Positions 17,728-26,505 of a stretch of DNA of 62,720 bases are shown here, in pieces. Both the position numbers and the translations under genes were made by a program. The DNA is from a virus (Duplodnaviria; Caudoviricetes). The DNA is taken from IMG/VR virus record IMGVR_UViG_3300037242_000251, positions 1 to 62,720 of that record, one strand, 5' to 3'. The notes under the pieces were generated by a model that saw only the letters and a list, made by a program, of their open reading frames with translations, did no database searches and was not told the DNA's origin. Position 1 is the first letter of the stretch. Each line of letters begins with the position of its first letter.

Positions 17728-17908
17728 TTCCAACCCCTTCCAACCCCCCTTCCAACCCCTAAAAACGGTCTTCCAACCCCCCTTGCAACCCCCCTTGCAA
17801 CTCCCCTTCCAACCCCCTTCCAACCCCCTTCCAACCCCCCTACTCACACCCCTACCCCCTACGGGGGTATAGGGGGCTTGGAAGCCCCCACCCCTCCCGT
17901 ATGGGGTC
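17728..17908. repeat. Nine TT(C/G)CAAC(C)n tandem units plus three hairpins; candidate replication origin
   Basis: Units at 17728, 17738, 17750, 17771, 17783, 17795, 17807, 17818, 17829, directly after the primase gene. Confidence 0.75.
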
Positions 17909-17917
17909 CGCGATAAA

Positions 17918-17932
17918 ATAACAATGTGTTAT
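17918..17932. promoter_or_regulatory. Operator ATAACAATGTGTTAT
   Basis: Third perfect match to ATAACA-N3-TGTTAT. Confidence 0.65.
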
Positions 17933-18053
17933 AGAAGATAGAAAAACACTCCGACGAATAAGCGAATAACCGACGCGACCCAACCCCAATCCGACGATCT
18001 TTAGAAAAGGGGCGCCAAGGCGCATCGCAGCGTCGGGAGGCTGTGAGACACCT

Positions 18054-18085
18054 AAAAATGAAAAGAGCGGCCCTGAGACCGCTCT
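18054..18085 (-). terminator. Intrinsic terminator of the leftward early operon
   Basis: AGAGCGG/CCGCTCT stem followed by a T tract on the minus strand. Confidence 0.6.
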
Positions 18086-18111
18086 AATCGCTTCCTACAC
18101 CCTATCGGGCG

Positions 18112-18210
18112 CTACCCTCTCGCCCACCACAGCGCCGCGAGCGCGGCGGCGAGATAGATCGCCTGAGCGGCGAACGGCAGAAGCGCTTCTGCGACGCGGC
18201 GGGCGGTCAT
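18112..18210 (-). CDS. 32-aa hydrophobic peptide
   Basis: MTARRVAEALLPFAAQAIYLAAALAALWWARG, ATGA-coupled. Confidence 0.45.
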   Translation of the reverse strand: MTARRVAEALLPFAAQAIYLAAALAALWWARG

Positions 18211-18428
18211 GACGGCGCCTTGAGCGTGCTCAGTGCTGCGCGGGCTTCTTTGGCGGCGCGTTCAAGGAGTTCGGCAGGTAGGCAAACGCTATTCGACGCA
18301 AAGCCTGATTCGATCCGTCCGGCCCATGCGCGTAGCTCTCGTGCGTTACCGCTGTAGAAGCGGATGAACCTCGCAGCGCGTTCGCACTCTTCGGCGAGGT
18401 AGCGAATCAGATATTCTTGCTCGGTCAT
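18207..18428 (-). CDS. Hypothetical protein
   Basis: 73 aa, AAGGAG SD. Confidence 0.7.
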   Translation of the reverse strand: MTEQEYLIRYLAEECERAARFIRFYSGNARELRAWAGRIESGFASNSVCLPAELLERAAKEARAALSTLKAPS

Positions 18429-18493
18429 TTTTTCTCCTTTTCAGAATGTTTGCCGCGTCGCCTGAGTGGCTCGGCGCGGGCGCAGTATTTCTG

Positions 18494-18673
18494 TTAATGC
18501 GAAAGAGCGTAGAGCACGGCAAGTAGGCCGGCGACGAAGATCGACAGTGCGGTGAGCTCGGCCGCAGCGCGAGCGGGCGCAGCGAGCCGGCGGAGTATCC
18601 GACGGCGGAGGTAGCCTGGCGGCCTCAGGAGCGGGCGTCGCGGCGCATTGGGTGATATACAGGGCGCGCTCAC
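18494..18673 (-). CDS. 59-aa basic protein with C-terminal TM helix
   Basis: GTGA-coupled, read by hand. Confidence 0.4.
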   Translation of the reverse strand: MSAPCISPNAPRRPLLRPPGYLRRRILRRLAAPARAAAELTALSIFVAGLLAVLYALSH

Positions 18674-18957
18674 GTCGTCACCTTGGCGCGAACGAAAATG
18701 GCGTCTCGGCCCGGTTGGCAGCGCGGTCGATCAACCTCGACCCAGACGCGCGAACCGTCCGGCAATCCGCCGCTAAAGTAGTCGCCTTCCCAGCCGAATG
18801 TTTCGCACAGGGCGAGCGCCGCGGCGGCGTGGTTGGCATCGTCGCCTAGCGCGTCATCCCAGCCGAGCGTAATCGCGCCAGCGCTCGCCGTCGCCTTGAC
18901 GCGCGATCCGCGCACGTTGCCTGGTCCGTGGTATTTCGTGACGATAGCTTGTGACAT
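18670..18957 (-). CDS. Conserved phage early protein (QAIVTKYHGP...GSRVKA family)
   Basis: 95 aa, GGAG SD, recognisable family motif. Confidence 0.75.
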   Translation of the reverse strand: MSQAIVTKYHGPGNVRGSRVKATASAGAITLGWDDALGDDANHAAAALALCETFGWEGDYFSGGLPDGSRVWVEVDRPRCQPGRDAIFVRAKVTT

Positions 18958-19040
18958 TTTTATCGCTCCACATTGTCGATCAATTTTTCGTGATCGCTCA
19001 AGCGCCGGCGCGCATCGCACGCGCGCCGGCGGTTCAGCGG

Positions 19041-19451
19041 TCAGGCTGCGCGCAGCTTCGGCATGTCGGCGCAGGTTTGCCGCGCAGCTTTGATCGCTTC
19101 GCTGATCATGCTCGGAAAGTAGTCGCAGATAGCGCGGTTCTGCGCCTTCAGCGCTAAGGTGTTGCGCGCATCGTCCGGCGAGCGGAAATGCGATTCGCGA
19201 AATTCTTGCGGCGACGCGTAGGCGCACCCGCCGAGATAGTCGGCGCCGACGATGTTTCCGCGATCGCTACGGCCGTCGAGCAGGTAAACCGCAACGCGGG
19301 CGGTAAACCAGTCGACGGCGCCGCTGCGCACGGCTTCGATATCCTCGGCGAATTCGAAGGAGTCGGCGGGATCGCATTCTTCTGGCGTCACGTCGAACGC
19401 GACAAGGAAGTGGCGCGTGCGGAATTCCCAGATTGTTTCCCAGTGAGACAT
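19041..19451 (-). CDS. Conserved phage early protein (DYLGGCAY family)
   Basis: 136 aa, GAGG SD. Confidence 0.75.
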   Translation of the reverse strand: MSHWETIWEFRTRHFLVAFDVTPEECDPADSFEFAEDIEAVRSGAVDWFTARVAVYLLDGRSDRGNIVGADYLGGCAYASPQEFRESHFRSPDDARNTLALKAQNRAICDYFPSMISEAIKAARQTCADMPKLRAA

Positions 19452-19514
19452 GATCGTTCCTCTCGTTTGGCGTGGTCGCCGTGCATGCGCCCTTGCGAGG
19501 CGCATGGGCTGCGA

Positions 19515-19760
19515 TCAGACCTTGGGTTCGCGGGAAAGGCGATCCACAACCCAGCGTTCGGCTTGAGCCTTCAGCGCCACCCTCAGGCGCGCGTCATCGT
19601 TTTCGTGGTAGTAGTAGGCCACATAGCGATCAGGCACTCGCGCGATAATAACGCGCCATGCTCCCGTCATTGCTTCGTCGCTGACTCCTATCGGAGCCCG
19701 CGCTACAGCCGCTTGTTCCGCCGTTGGAGTTGCCGCAACCCGGTTCGGATGGTTTGTCAT
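19515..19760 (-). CDS. Hypothetical protein (MTNHPNR start)
   Basis: GGAG SD within a 17-bp start-associated repeat. Confidence 0.65.
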   Translation of the reverse strand: MTNHPNRVAATPTAEQAAVARAPIGVSDEAMTGAWRVIIARVPDRYVAYYYHENDDARLRVALKAQAERWVVDRLSREPKV

Positions 19761-19773
19761 CGTCTTCACTCCC

Positions 19774-19998
19774 TCAAAAATCAGGGCTCAACCCAAGGTC
19801 ATCGCGGTCAAAGCCGTCAACGTGGTCAGTGACGCGATGGATAGCGGCTTGTCGGCGATCATAAGCTGCTTGAGCCTTGCGGTTTTGCGCGAGCCAGCTA
19901 GCGACGTTTCGTTTTCGCACATTGGCGTCTTTAGGCGGCAGCCCTTGCGCTGCGCGCCATGCGGCATTTTTGGCGAGACGCTTTTCTTCGTAAGTCAT
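19774..19998 (-). CDS. Hypothetical protein (ends DRDDLGLSPDF)
   Basis: GGAG SD within a 17-bp start-associated repeat. Confidence 0.65.
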   Translation of the reverse strand: MTYEEKRLAKNAAWRAAQGLPPKDANVRKRNVASWLAQNRKAQAAYDRRQAAIHRVTDHVDGFDRDDLGLSPDF

Positions 19999-20053
19999 CG
20001 TCTTCACTCCGCCCCTGAAAGCCCCGAGGCGCGGGCTTGTTCGATGCTGGCGA

Positions 20054-20269
20054 TCAGTCGACAATATTCGCGTAATCCCAGTCGAGACGCCAAAGTTTCA
20101 GGCGCCGCTTGATTTGCGGGTGATCCATTTTGACCAGAACGTAATCGCTTTGCCCGGCCGCACCGTGGCGGAAAGCCGTCACTTCACCAAAGCGGGCGCC
20201 GCGCATCCAAGCGTCATAGTGCACGGGGATTTCGATGCGTTTGCCGACAAGGCCGGATTGGTCGCTCAT
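20054..20269 (-). CDS. Hypothetical protein (DAWMRGARFGEV family)
   Basis: 71 aa, GAGGAG SD, first gene of the leftward operon. Confidence 0.75.
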   Translation of the reverse strand: MSDQSGLVGKRIEIPVHYDAWMRGARFGEVTAFRHGAAGQSDYVLVKMDHPQIKRRLKLWRLDWDYANIVD

Positions 20270-20299
20270 GATTTGCGCTCCTCTCGTTCGATGAAATGA

Positions 20300-20347
20300 G
20301 TCTGCGCTTATGTTTGACGTTTGTCAAGCGTTTGTCGAAATATTTTT
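20300..20347 (-). promoter_or_regulatory. Promoter-like element, copy 2
   Basis: Minus strand AAAAATATTTCGACAAACGCTTGACAAACGTCAAACA, homologous to 10843-10879. Confidence 0.6.
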
Positions 20348-20388
20348 CTCATGTTGAGATTAGTGCACTACACGCCTATTTTTCAAGG

Positions 20389-20664
20389 ATGGCGTATAAG
20401 CGGCCGGCGAAGCATCAGCCTCTCACGGTTCGGTTTCGCGTTCCTCAGCGAGCGGCTATTCTCAGCATGGCGGCTCGGCGCGGAATGACGGTTCCGGCAT
20501 TGCTGCGCTCTTTTGTTTTGCCGCATATTGACGTAGCGAGCGACGTAGAACTCATACAAGTTGTTACGCCGTCTATTCCGCAGCGCTCGATCGTGGCGCC
20601 CGAGAATCGCGGGAAGACAGAGCGGCCGGCGAACGGCTCGGGCTTTGCTGACCGGCTAAAATAA
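20389..20664 (+). CDS. Putative ribbon-helix-helix regulator
   Basis: LTVRF......I...A.RRGMTV..LLR pattern; followed by hairpin and T tract 20678-20706. Confidence 0.55.
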   Translation: MAYKRPAKHQPLTVRFRVPQRAAILSMAARRGMTVPALLRSFVLPHIDVASDVELIQVVTPSIPQRSIVAPENRGKTERPANGSGFADRLK

Positions 20665-21119
20665 CAGGCTGTTCGATCTCGGCCGGTTAGCCGAGCCGCT
20701 TTTTTCATCAAGAATCGCGTCCGAACCACCTTCCAGACGTCGCGATTGATCGCCGACCTAGCGCGGCCACTTTCGATCGCTTATGCTTTAAACCTTTGAT
20801 ATACCTTGTGTTTCAACGAGCGAGCACTTGAAATCCGATCCGGCGCTGCAGCTCGCCAGGCCGGGGCGCCGGCTCGCCGGGACTGCTTTTCGCGTTAAAA
20901 CGTTGTTTTTGTTAGAGAATTGGACACCGGCCCCGGCATGGTTTCGAGTGCCCCATCTCGCACCACCCCCCAAAAGTTCCTCCGCACAGGCGTACAATCT
21001 GTTATAGAAATCAGATACTTATACGAATTGTTACTGCGCCGGACCGCCATAACCGATTGTTATTGACGCGCGCGTCGGGCCGCCACATGCTCAACAGATT
21101 GAAAAGAGGAGCAAATCCA

Positions 21120-21803
21120 ATGCAGGCAGTCGCTTATCTCCGCGTCAGCACCGGACGCCAGGGTCGCAGCGGGCTCGGCATCGAGGGCCAGCGTGAGTTG
21201 ATCCGGGTCTTTGCTGCGGCAAATAACGTCGAAATTGTCGCCGAATTCGTCGAGATTCAGACCGGAAAGGGTGTAGACGCCTTCAATCGCCGGCCTCATT
21301 TGGCTGCGGCGTTTGCCGAGGCTCGCAAGCGCAAGTGCGCGGTGTTGGTCGCCAGACTCGACCGTCTCAGCCGCAACGCCGCTTTCGTCGCGGCGCTGAT
21401 GGAGCGCAAGGTGCCGTTCTTTGTCGCCGAGCTCGGGCTCGACGTTGATCCGTTCATGCTGCACATCTACGCGGCGGTGGCCGAGAAGGAGCGTCGGATG
21501 ATCGGTGCCCGCGTCAAGTCGGCGCTGGCGGCGGCGAAGGCGCGCGGCGTCACCAGGGCCGGCAAACCGTTTCGCGTCGGCAATCCGCGTATCATGGAGG
21601 CCCACGGCAAGGCGCTCGCCGCAGTCCGTCTTGAGGCCGATCGCTTCGCCGCCAATGTCGCGCCACTGATCCGGCCGCTGCGTGATCAGGGCCTCACGCT
21701 GCGCGAGATCGCTGGCGCGCTCGATGCGCGTGGCGTCGCTACCGCCAGGGGCGCTCCGTGGTCGCCCACCACCGTCTCGGCCGCTCTGCGCCGGGCCGCT
21801 TGA
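21120..21803 (+). CDS. Serine recombinase (resolvase family) with C-terminal DNA-binding domain
   Basis: YLRVST catalytic motif, LDRLSR, E..ER..I..R; GAGGAG SD. Confidence 0.92.
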   Translation: MQAVAYLRVSTGRQGRSGLGIEGQRELIRVFAAANNVEIVAEFVEIQTGKGVDAFNRRPHLAAAFAEARKRKCAVLVARLDRLSRNAAFVAALMERKVPFFVAELGLDVDPFMLHIYAAVAEKERRMIGARVKSALAAAKARGVTRAGKPFRVGNPRIMEAHGKALAAVRLEADRFAANVAPLIRPLRDQGLTLREIAGALDARGVATARGAPWSPTTVSAALRRAA

Positions 21804-21828
21804 CTGATACTATGGTATCGAGTAATTT
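21800..21828 (+). promoter_or_regulatory. Promoter TTGACT-N17-TAATTT with palindrome GATACTATGGTATC in the spacer
   Basis: Palindrome family also at 32629-32640 and 48699-48710. Confidence 0.6.
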
Positions 21829-21954
21829 CGATTCGCTGCTCGCAAGGCGGTCGTGGCGGCGACGACTTCTCAGGGTCCGACACTTAAGTGGCCGGATGAA
21901 GCCTTAGGAAACTTGGGTTTGTCGCTGCTGCCGTCGCTTTCTCGGGAGGCGGGA

Positions 21955-22047
21955 ATGAAGATTCACTGGGAAGACGCAATGTTTGCTGGGTTCTTCCTCG
22001 CGGGTCTCGTTATTCTAGCCGCCATGCTGAAAGGATTGCTGTGGTGA
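21955..22047 (+). CDS. 30-aa membrane peptide
   Basis: GGAGG SD, single TM helix. Confidence 0.5.
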   Translation: MKIHWEDAMFAGFFLAGLVILAAMLKGLLW

Positions 22048-22301
22048 GCGCACTCATTGGCGCCAAGTCTTGCCGCTCCTGTCAGCACCGGCGCATCATG
22101 GGTCAGGAAACCTTCTGCTATCGCTACCCGCCGGCGACCCACGTCGTGCCGGTCCAGCAGCCGAACGGCAAGCCAGGCTTCGGCTTTCAGTCGGTCTACC
22201 CCAGCGTCAATCCCGACATGCCGTGCGGCGAATACGCGCGCAGCGAGATTTTCGCGGCCGAAGAAGCGCAGCCTCCGCTCAGCGCCAGGATGCAGCAATG
22301 A
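22041..22301 (+). CDS. Cys-rich phage protein (CxxC...CYRYPP...P.V....CGE)
   Basis: Recognisable four-Cys family pattern. Confidence 0.7.
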   Translation: MVSALIGAKSCRSCQHRRIMGQETFCYRYPPATHVVPVQQPNGKPGFGFQSVYPSVNPDMPCGEYARSEIFAAEEAQPPLSARMQQ

Positions 22302-22492
22302 GCGAACTCGACGAACTCGAGCGCGATCTGCTCGCGGCGGCCGACACCTGGTTTTCTCAGGCGCTGCACTTGAAGCTGCAGCGGCTCATCCAGATCGCGC
22401 GCGACGGCGAGCGTTCGAAGCTGGCGCTCCATCGCAAGATGCAGGACGAGACGGCCGATTACGTCGGCGACCAGGAGCCGCTCGACATATGA
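22298..22492 (+). CDS. Hypothetical protein
   Basis: 64 aa, ATGA-coupled. Confidence 0.6.
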   Translation: MSELDELERDLLAAADTWFSQALHLKLQRLIQIARDGERSKLALHRKMQDETADYVGDQEPLDI

Positions 22493-22683
22493 CCCGGCAC
22501 TGGCGCGACAAGGGCGACGACGCCAAGCGTCACCACGTGACGATCGCCGTGTCGCAGAAGCTGCGGGACCGGCTGTGGGCTTTCGCCGCGGCGATGGGCA
22601 AGCCGCCGACGGTGGTGGCGCACGATCTGATCGACCGCGGCGTGCCAGTTCCGATTGATGAGAAGCGGGGAGAGGTGGGATGA
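22489..22683 (+). CDS. Putative ribbon-helix-helix protein
   Basis: VTIAVS..L.DRL...A......P..VA..LI..G. Confidence 0.55.
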   Translation: MTRHWRDKGDDAKRHHVTIAVSQKLRDRLWAFAAAMGKPPTVVAHDLIDRGVPVPIDEKRGEVG

Positions 22684-22919
22684 TCGTCACGTTTGGCGGT
22701 GTGGCGGCCAATATTGTTGGGCGCGGTAAAGAATTCGTTGTTGTCAACGCGACGGAAAGAGAGTGGCTGCGTAATGGCGTTACGCATCATGTTGCTGGGT
22801 TTGAAAACGGCCAATGCCGATTAGTAACATGGCATAAAGGGGATTCTTCGATGCTGCAAGAAGTGGCGGCGTGGCAGGCACGAGGATTTCAGCGGTCAGA
22901 GCAAGGAGAGCGAAAGTGA
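22680..22919 (+). CDS. Hypothetical protein
   Basis: 79 aa, GAGG SD, ATGA-coupled, lower GC. Confidence 0.55.
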   Translation: MIVTFGGVAANIVGRGKEFVVVNATEREWLRNGVTHHVAGFENGQCRLVTWHKGDSSMLQEVAAWQARGFQRSEQGERK

Positions 22920-22938
22920 TGATCGACGAGGCGCTGCG

Positions 22939-23133
22939 GTGAACTACGATCACGGCTATATGAGCCCTGAGTTCGCGCTCATCTCGGCTGGCTATCTGAG
23001 GGTCGACGTGTGTCATCTTCCGGCGATGCTGCGCGCTTTGCCCGATCCCGTCAGCATCCGCGAGCGGGCTGTCGTCGCGGCGATTCGCTGGCGGATTAAT
23101 CATGCGCGGCTGACTGAACGGAGGCGGGCGTGA
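22939..23133 (+). CDS. Hypothetical protein
   Basis: 64 aa, overlaps next start. Confidence 0.45.
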   Translation: MNYDHGYMSPEFALISAGYLRVDVCHLPAMLRALPDPVSIRERAVVAAIRWRINHARLTERRRA

Positions 23134-23699
23134 CGATCATTTGTGTGAAGAGCGGCGTGATCGCCGCCGACGGTTCCTCGTGGCAGATCGATGTTCTTGT
23201 TCAGGAAGACAAGCGTAAGATTGTGCGGTCGTTCGACGGCGCGCTGGGCGCTGCGTCCGGGGTGTCCAGCGATGCGCATAGTTTTCAGTCGTGGTTCATG
23301 GTCACAAGTTCGCTCGTCGAACGTGTCGCAGCCACCGTGGAGTTTTTGGCTCTCGATGAGAAGGCGGAGTTCTCAGCGATCTGGATCGAGCCGGATGGCG
23401 ATGTGTGGAAAATCGCCTATGGCGGCAGGTCTCATCCGGTGAGCAAGGATCAACCGCAAGCGATTGGCGGCGCCTGGGAGATGGCGCTCGGCGCGATGTA
23501 CGCTGGGGCTTCGGCCGAGCAGGCTGTCAGCATCTGCGCGAGCCGCCATCGTTATTCGGGAGGGCGAGTGTTCGTTGAGCGTCTCGCGCCAGTCGAGAAG
23601 CCGGACGAGGAGGCGTCCGCCGAGGTTGTCGACGTCGGCGATCGTGAGCCGCTTGTGGCGTCTCCACAGGAATGGGCCGTCAGGATGGGGCTCGCGTGA
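23130..23699 (+). CDS. HslV/proteasome-beta-like Ntn-hydrolase
   Basis: N-terminal Thr (MTII...IAADG), KI, AIGG...ALGAM..GASA.QAV...SGG. Confidence 0.7.
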   Translation: MTIICVKSGVIAADGSSWQIDVLVQEDKRKIVRSFDGALGAASGVSSDAHSFQSWFMVTSSLVERVAATVEFLALDEKAEFSAIWIEPDGDVWKIAYGGRSHPVSKDQPQAIGGAWEMALGAMYAGASAEQAVSICASRHRYSGGRVFVERLAPVEKPDEEASAEVVDVGDREPLVASPQEWAVRMGLA

Positions 23700-24337
23700 A
23701 AGCCGATCTTTACCAGGCGCTCGGCGTCGGGCGCGATGCGAAGTCCGACGAGATTCGCCGGGCCTATCGCAAGGCCGCCAAGCGCGCGCATCCTGATGGC
23801 GGCGGCACGGTCGAGTCCTTCGCGCTGGTGCGAACGGCGGTCGATGTTCTCTCCGACGATGAGCGTCGCAAACAGTACGATCAGACTGGCGAGTTCGGCG
23901 ACAAGCCGGTCGACAATCGCGACGCGCTGGCGATGACGGTGGCGATGAACGCCATCGATGCGGTGATCGGCGCGATCATCAAGCATGGCGGCGATCCGGC
24001 GCATTACGACGTCGTTGCTGACGCTAAGAAGCATCTGACGAAGTGTCTGCTAGAAGTCGCCGTAAAGACGGCGAGCACGTTTGATGAAGCCAAAGCGATC
24101 CGAAAATTAGCTAAGCGGTTCAAGTCGAAGAAGGACAAGCCGAATCGCATCGGCGCGATGCTGGACGCACGCGCTGCTGAAACTGAGCGCAATGCGTCTA
24201 ATGGACTGGTCGAAGAAGAGAATATCCGAGACGCGGTGAAGATTCTCGATGAGCATGAGTTCGAATGGGTTGATCAGCCTTATGGCGCTCCAGCTGGCCA
24301 GAGCGCCTTGGCGAATTTTCAGTATCGGGGCTTCTGA
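23696..24337 (+). CDS. J-domain (DnaJ-like) protein
   Basis: DLYQALGV...IRRAYRK....HPD...LSD..RRKQYD. Confidence 0.9.
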   Translation: MKADLYQALGVGRDAKSDEIRRAYRKAAKRAHPDGGGTVESFALVRTAVDVLSDDERRKQYDQTGEFGDKPVDNRDALAMTVAMNAIDAVIGAIIKHGGDPAHYDVVADAKKHLTKCLLEVAVKTASTFDEAKAIRKLAKRFKSKKDKPNRIGAMLDARAAETERNASNGLVEEENIRDAVKILDEHEFEWVDQPYGAPAGQSALANFQYRGF

Positions 24338-24609
24338 TGGCGCCGGAGGATGTTGTTCGTTTGCTCGGCGTCTCAAAAGTTCATTTGACGCCCGATGATT
24401 TGGAGGCTCGCGGCTGTTGTCTGTTTGGGCCGCAGTGGCAATGCGCGATGGCGCGAGCGCTGCACGTCAATGATCGAACGGTTCGCAGATGGAAGTCGGG
24501 TGATCGGCCTATCCCAGGTTCTGTTTCGGTGGCTCTTGATGCTTTGCTTCTTAGGCAGGCAATCGCTATCGGTGTGTTGATCCAGATGATCGACAGGAAG
24601 GCCGGCTGA
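24337..24609 (+). CDS. HTH protein
   Basis: LFG..WQ..MARAL.V..RTVRRW.SG.RPIP. Confidence 0.75.
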   Translation: MAPEDVVRLLGVSKVHLTPDDLEARGCCLFGPQWQCAMARALHVNDRTVRRWKSGDRPIPGSVSVALDALLLRQAIAIGVLIQMIDRKAG

Positions 24610-26495
24610 TGGCGCCGCGCGCGAAGAAGTGGCTCAAGCTGCTGGAGGCGTTTGTCGCTGAACTTCGCATCAAATCGAAGGAGGTCGTCTCGTCCGACGA
24701 GCGTGGCGCGAAGCTGGAGATGTGGGAGAGCCAGCGCCGCTTTCTGCATGAGGTCGGGCAGGGCCTCGACGACGGCGTTCATTCGTTCAACTGTCTCAAG
24801 AGCAGGCAGCTCGGGATCACCACGATCTCTCTCGCGATCGATGTTTTCTGGCTTGCGGTCCATCGTGACCTGATCGGATGTCTCGTCACCGACACCGAGA
24901 AGAACCGCGAGGTCGATCGCGGCATCATCGAGGGTTACGTCGCCTCGGTCGAGGACGGTTACTTTGGCGACAGCTTCCGCATCATAAAGTCGAATCGGCA
25001 GATGCTGCAGTTCTCGAACGGCTCTCGGCTCGATCTGCTGGTCGCCGGCACCAAGAAGAAGTCGATTAGCTGGGGCGAGGGGCAGGGCTACGCGTTGGCA
25101 CACGAAACGGAGGTGGCCGCATACGGCGACGTCGAGGGCCTGAAATCGCTGGAGGAGGGCTTCGCGCAGAACAATCCGAATCGGCTGTTCATCCGCGAGT
25201 CGACCGCCAAGGGTATGAATCACTGGCGCACGCGCTGGATGTCCGGTCTCAACGATTTGACCGAGCGTTCGTTCTTCATCGGCTGGTGGGCCGGCGACAA
25301 CAACCGCATTGAGCGGTCGGACCCGCGCTATTCGTCTTTCGCGTTGGCGCCAACGACTGGCGCTGAGGCGCACATGCTCAAGCAGGTCGACAAGCTCTAC
25401 CAGCATCGCGTCACGACCGAGCAATTGGCGTGGTTCCGCTGGAAGCAGACCAAAGCTGGCGCCGAGCAGAACTTGCTCGAGCAAAATCAGCCTTCGACGG
25501 CCGAGGACGCGTTCGTCCAGACCGGCTACTCGTTCTTCCAGGTCGCCGTCATCGGTCAGGACATGAAAAGGATTCAGGACGATCCGCCGATCTTCAAGGG
25601 CTACCGCTACGAGGTCGACGGCGACTTCTTTCATTTCAAGATGCACGAGATGGATCCGAGCGTCGATGACGTCGACGACGTCGAATTGAAGATTTGGGAG
25701 GAGCCGGTCGAGGATGGCCGCTATGTGATCGGCTTCGACCCGGCCTATGGGCGAAACGACCACAAGGACCACCACTTGATTCATGTCGCGCGTTGTTTCG
25801 CCGACAAGATGGTGCAGGTCGCCGAGTATTGCACCGCCGACGTCGAGACCAAGCACGCCTCGTGGGTGCTGTTTCACCTGTGCGCCGCTTATCGCAACTC
25901 GATGTGCAATGTCGAGCTCGGCGGGCCGGGGCGTCTCGTGATGGCTGAGTTCGAGCACTTGCGTCAGTTGATCGGCGCCGAGATGAACCAGGCCAAGACC
26001 GCGGCGCGCGGCTGGGAGGACGCCGGAGCCAATGCGCGCTGGTATCTCTACCACAAGGCCGACAGTCCCGGCGCCGGCTACATGGCGAACTTTGAGACCA
26101 ACTGGCGCACCAAGATGGAACTGCTGCACGGTTATCGCGGCGTCTATTCCAGCCGTGAGATCGTCATCAAGTCCTACGGTCTCTTGCGCGAGATGTCGAT
26201 CGTGGTCGTCAACGACGGCGACATCGGCGCACCCGAGTCGAGCGACGAGAACATGAAGGATGATCGGGTGTTCGCCGCCGCGCTAGCGTCGCGCGCATGG
26301 ACCGATTGGGTGCGCAAGGATATGATCGCTCAAGGGCTGACCTATGAGGTCGTGATGCGGATGGAGTCGGGTCAAGAGACCAAGCAGGAAACGGCGATCA
26401 ACTCGATCGTTCGCAATTTCCTGAAGACGCAGGAAGAACGGGCGAACATGGAGCCCGAGCCGCCGAAGTGGATGACCGACCAGGGATTGGCTTGA
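24609..26495 (+). CDS. terL: Terminase large subunit
   Basis: KSRQLGITT Walker A, HETE Walker B, EST motif III, YVIGFDPA and DDRV nuclease motifs. Confidence 0.92.
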   Translation: MAPRAKKWLKLLEAFVAELRIKSKEVVSSDERGAKLEMWESQRRFLHEVGQGLDDGVHSFNCLKSRQLGITTISLAIDVFWLAVHRDLIGCLVTDTEKNREVDRGIIEGYVASVEDGYFGDSFRIIKSNRQMLQFSNGSRLDLLVAGTKKKSISWGEGQGYALAHETEVAAYGDVEGLKSLEEGFAQNNPNRLFIRESTAKGMNHWRTRWMSGLNDLTERSFFIGWWAGDNNRIERSDPRYSSFALAPTTGAEAHMLKQVDKLYQHRVTTEQLAWFRWKQTKAGAEQNLLEQNQPSTAEDAFVQTGYSFFQVAVIGQDMKRIQDDPPIFKGYRYEVDGDFFHFKMHEMDPSVDDVDDVELKIWEEPVEDGRYVIGFDPAYGRNDHKDHHLIHVARCFADKMVQVAEYCTADVETKHASWVLFHLCAAYRNSMCNVELGGPGRLVMAEFEHLRQLIGAEMNQAKTAARGWEDAGANARWYLYHKADSPGAGYMANFETNWRTKMELLHGYRGVYSSREIVIKSYGLLREMSIVVVNDGDIGAPESSDENMKDDRVFAAALASRAWTDWVRKDMIAQGLTYEVVMRMESGQETKQETAINSIVRNFLKTQEERANMEPEPPKWMTDQGLA

Positions 26496-26505
26496 GGAGA
26501 TTTTA

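Noticed and set aside
17728-17840. Tandem repeats as a CRISPR array, or ORF 17499..17834 as a gene
   Set aside because: Units are 10-12 bp without unique spacers; the ORF is just the translated repeat antisense to the primase
24337-24609. Terminase small subunit
   Set aside because: Position fits, but the sequence resembles a generic small HTH family; no terS could be assigned
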